Sequence record: KC012944.1
Strand: one strand, 5' to 3'
DNA: 32,000 nucleotides
The position numbers were made by a program, and so were the translations under genes. Every line of letters starts with the position of its first letter. Position 1 is the stretch's first letter. The notes beneath the pieces were generated by a model. That model had not been told where the DNA came from and did no database searches. It saw nothing but the letters and a program-made list of their open reading frames with translations. Below are positions 29,905 to 32,000 of this stretch, piece by piece.

Positions 29905-30321
29905 TTAATTAGTCTCCTCAGCACGAATTAATTTTGTTTTAATTGGTAATTTGTATGCTGCCATTCGAAGTGCTTGTTCAGCAATTGGAGTAGGAACACC
30001 AGATAATTCAAAAAGAACTTTACCTGGTTTAACAACCGCTACCCAATACTGTGGAGCACCTTTACCAGAGCCCATACGAGATTCTTCAGCTCGTGCTGTT
30101 ATAGGTTTATCAGGAAAAACCATAATCCATAATTTACCACCACGTTTTGTATATCTTGTAATTGTTCTTCTTGTTGCTTCAATTTGTCTTGCAGTTAACC
30201 ACACAGGTTCTTGAGCTTGTAAACCAAATTGACCAAAAACTAAATGTTTTTTTTGTATAATTCTTCCACGTAAACGACCTCTTTGTTGTTTACGAAATTT
30301 TGTTCGTTTTGGACTTAACAT
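29905..30321 (-). CDS. rpl16: 50S ribosomal protein L16
   Basis: 138 aa, starts [16 protein letters not shown] and contains ARQIEA.RR. Confidence 0.97.
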   Translation of the reverse strand: MLSPKRTKFRKQQRGRLRGRIIQKKHLVFGQFGLQAQEPVWLTARQIEATRRTITRYTKRGGKLWIMVFPDKPITARAEESRMGSGKGAPQYWVAVVKPGKVLFELSGVPTPIAEQALRMAAYKLPIKTKLIRAEETN

Positions 30322-30377
30322 ATTTTTTTATTTGTAATTAAAACGTAAAATTTTCAGTTACAATTTTTAACTAAACT

Positions 30378-31061
30378 TTAGCCTTTACACATCCAAATTT
30401 TGATACCTAATATACCATATATTGTTTGTGCTCTCTCAGTTGCGTAATCTAATCTTGCTTGTAATGTATGAAGTGGGACTCTTCCTTCACGTACCCATTC
30501 TGTCCTTGCAATTTCTGCACCATTTAAACGTCCAGCAACTTGAACTTTAATCCCTTTTTGTCGTGGATCAAGTTTGGCTTGCTTCGCGCCTTTTTTAAAA
30601 TCAGCTAGAATTGTTCGCACGGCTCTTCTAAAGGGCATTCTTTTTTCTAATTTTTTTGCTAATGATTGGGCTATAAACCCAGCATTTATATTAGGAAATT
30701 TAACTTTCTTTAAAACAATTACTAGATTTCGTTTATTTAATTGTTGTCCTAAAGATTGTGAAAATCGTATCTTATAAGGTAAATTTTTAAGATCAGAAAT
30801 TAAAATTTCTGGATTTACTGTGTAAATAGTTAAATGAATTTGGTCTCGTGTTGGTGGATAAGTAATTAATAAATTTGTACGGTCAGTTACTTCATTTAGT
30901 TGTTTTTTACTTACTTCTTTAAGCAAATTTGACCATATAGTTCTTAATTCATCATCAGCTTTTAGTTGCTTACTGTAATCTGAAAATTTAGCGTACCACT
31001 TTGATTTATGTTCCTCGGTAATTCCTAATCGAAAACCAATAGGATGAACTTTTTGACCCAA
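30378..31061 (-). CDS. rps3: 30S ribosomal protein S3 (apparent TTG initiation codon)
   Basis: 227 aa. The universal N-terminus MGQKVHPIGFRLG is encoded as TTG GGT CAA AAA.., with AAGGAG upstream of the TTG and no in-frame ATG nearby. Confidence 0.93.
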   Translation of the reverse strand: MGQKVHPIGFRLGITEEHKSKWYAKFSDYSKQLKADDELRTIWSNLLKEVSKKQLNEVTDRTNLLITYPPTRDQIHLTIYTVNPEILISDLKNLPYKIRFSQSLGQQLNKRNLVIVLKKVKFPNINAGFIAQSLAKKLEKRMPFRRAVRTILADFKKGAKQAKLDPRQKGIKVQVAGRLNGAEIARTEWVREGRVPLHTLQARLDYATERAQTIYGILGIKIWMCKG

Positions 31062-31128
31062 AATATTTCTCCTTAATGTGAGTTATTCGTATTAAATTTT
31101 TTTATATTCTCTCGTGCTCTTATAATAT

Positions 31129-31593
31129 TTAACCTATTGAAACTGGTAAAAAATTACCTTTTACGTCGTTTTCATATCTCGAAAAAGTTGATTTAACTAC
31201 AATAGATATATGTGATGTACGTTTTCTAATGGGGTACATTCTTCCTTTTGCACGTGGTCTTATGCGTTTCATAGTAGGCCCTTTATCAACAAAAGCTTTT
31301 TCGATTTGTAAATAAGAACGAGGAACAGAATATTTACTTAATGCATTTGCTGCAGCTGATTTTAAAACTTTTGCAACTGGGTGACATGCACGATATGGAA
31401 GAAAACGTAATAAAATCAAAGCTTCTTCATATGAACAACCCTGAATTTGCCTCAAAACTCTTCTGACTTTTAAAGGTGACATTCTAATAATTTTTGCTTT
31501 AGCATTTGCACTTAAAGGAATTTGCTGTTCTTTTCGTTTTCGTATAGCACGCTTTGTTAAAGTTTTTAAACTTGGCTTAGATCCAAGATTCAT
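31129..31593 (-). CDS. rpl22: 50S ribosomal protein L22
   Basis: 154 aa, SP.KVRRVL.QI.G.SYEEAL.LL.F and RA.GR...I.KRTSHI. Confidence 0.92.
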   Translation of the reverse strand: MNLGSKPSLKTLTKRAIRKRKEQQIPLSANAKAKIIRMSPLKVRRVLRQIQGCSYEEALILLRFLPYRACHPVAKVLKSAAANALSKYSVPRSYLQIEKAFVDKGPTMKRIRPRAKGRMYPIRKRTSHISIVVKSTFSRYENDVKGNFLPVSIG

Positions 31594-31684
31594 GGCTATC
31601 TCCTAATATTTTAAAATTTCAAGTTGTGTTCTACTTGATTAATCAATTAAAAATTTCTTTTTATATGCGTTATAAAGTTAAATT

Positions 31685-31972
31685 CTATTTACGCTTAGCT
31701 TTTCTATCACTTGTTTTTACTTTATGTGAGCGAAATGTTTTTGTAGGTACAAATTCGCCTAATCTGTGTCCAATTAATTGATCATTTATAAATAAAGGAA
31801 CATGTTGCTTTCCATTATAGACAGCAATTGTAAACCCTACCATACTTGGTAAAATTACAGATGCACGAGACCACGTTTTAATTGTGTCAGATTTTGTAGT
31901 GTGTTTTAAATTATTAATTTTTTTAAATAAGTGATAGGCAACAAAGGGTACTTTGCGTGTCGATCGTATCAT
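31685..31972 (-). CDS. rps19: 30S ribosomal protein S19
   Basis: 95 aa, [23 protein letters not shown] and GH.LGEF.PT..F..H. Confidence 0.96.
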   Translation of the reverse strand: MIRSTRKVPFVAYHLFKKINNLKHTTKSDTIKTWSRASVILPSMVGFTIAVYNGKQHVPLFINDQLIGHRLGEFVPTKTFRSHKVKTSDRKAKRK

Positions 31973-32000
31973 AAATTAAACTCCAATTTAATTTTTTATT

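Noticed and set aside
29951-30214. 87-aa plus-strand ORF inside rpl16; also 30574-30777 inside rps3
   Set aside because: Both are antisense to conserved ribosomal protein genes.
1-32000. Looked for CRISPR arrays, transposases or integrases, toxin-antitoxin or defence-type gene clusters, group I/II introns, rRNA, tmRNA, rnpB and ffs
   Set aside because: Every ORF over 60 codons except orf117 is assigned to a core plastid family or is a shadow ORF. The spacers are short (mostly under 260 nt) and contain no spaced direct-repeat arrays or intron-like structures that I could see. The only tandem repeat is the rps7/tufA duplication.

Overview
AT-rich, intron-free, very gene-dense window that reads as a plastid genome fragment of the red-algal lineage. 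cbbX, petJ, psbV, petF, psaE, ftsH, secY, tufA, rpl31 and clpC are all organelle-encoded here, which fits a rhodophyte-derived plastid, probably ochrophyte/heterokont-type; I cannot name the species. I support 46 protein genes and 7 tRNAs. Plus-strand block: clpC (D2 half only), psbV, petJ, psaA, psaB, rps14. Then petG and psbK (both found by hand, absent from the ORF track), psbZ, trnT, trnL, an unknown orf117, trnW and rpl11-rpl1-rpl12. Minus strand: petD-petB-cbbX. Then trn(CAU)-trnS-trnD, ftsH, psaE, the conserved psbB-psbT-(psbN antisense)-psbH cluster (psbT and psbN found by hand) and petF. The final 12.8 kb is one co-oriented minus-strand ribosomal super-operon from rps19 to rps10 (fused S10-spc-alpha-str), including rpl36 found by hand. 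There is no rRNA, CRISPR array, transposase or defence-type gene, and I found no novel multi-gene system; this is essentially core plastid DNA. Points worth a second look: a perfect 113-bp tandem duplication at the rps7/tufA junction that creates a chimeric mini-ORF carrying the tufA leader; absence of rpl24 from its canonical slot; an ~85-aa N/K-rich insertion in rpoA; a stand-alone D2-only clpC with its own promoter-like element and no recognisable ClpP-docking tripeptide; a very divergent secY; a TTG start for rps3; terminal remodelling of ftsH and cbbX; an ORFan between tRNA genes; and long perfect palindromes at essentially every convergent gene junction.
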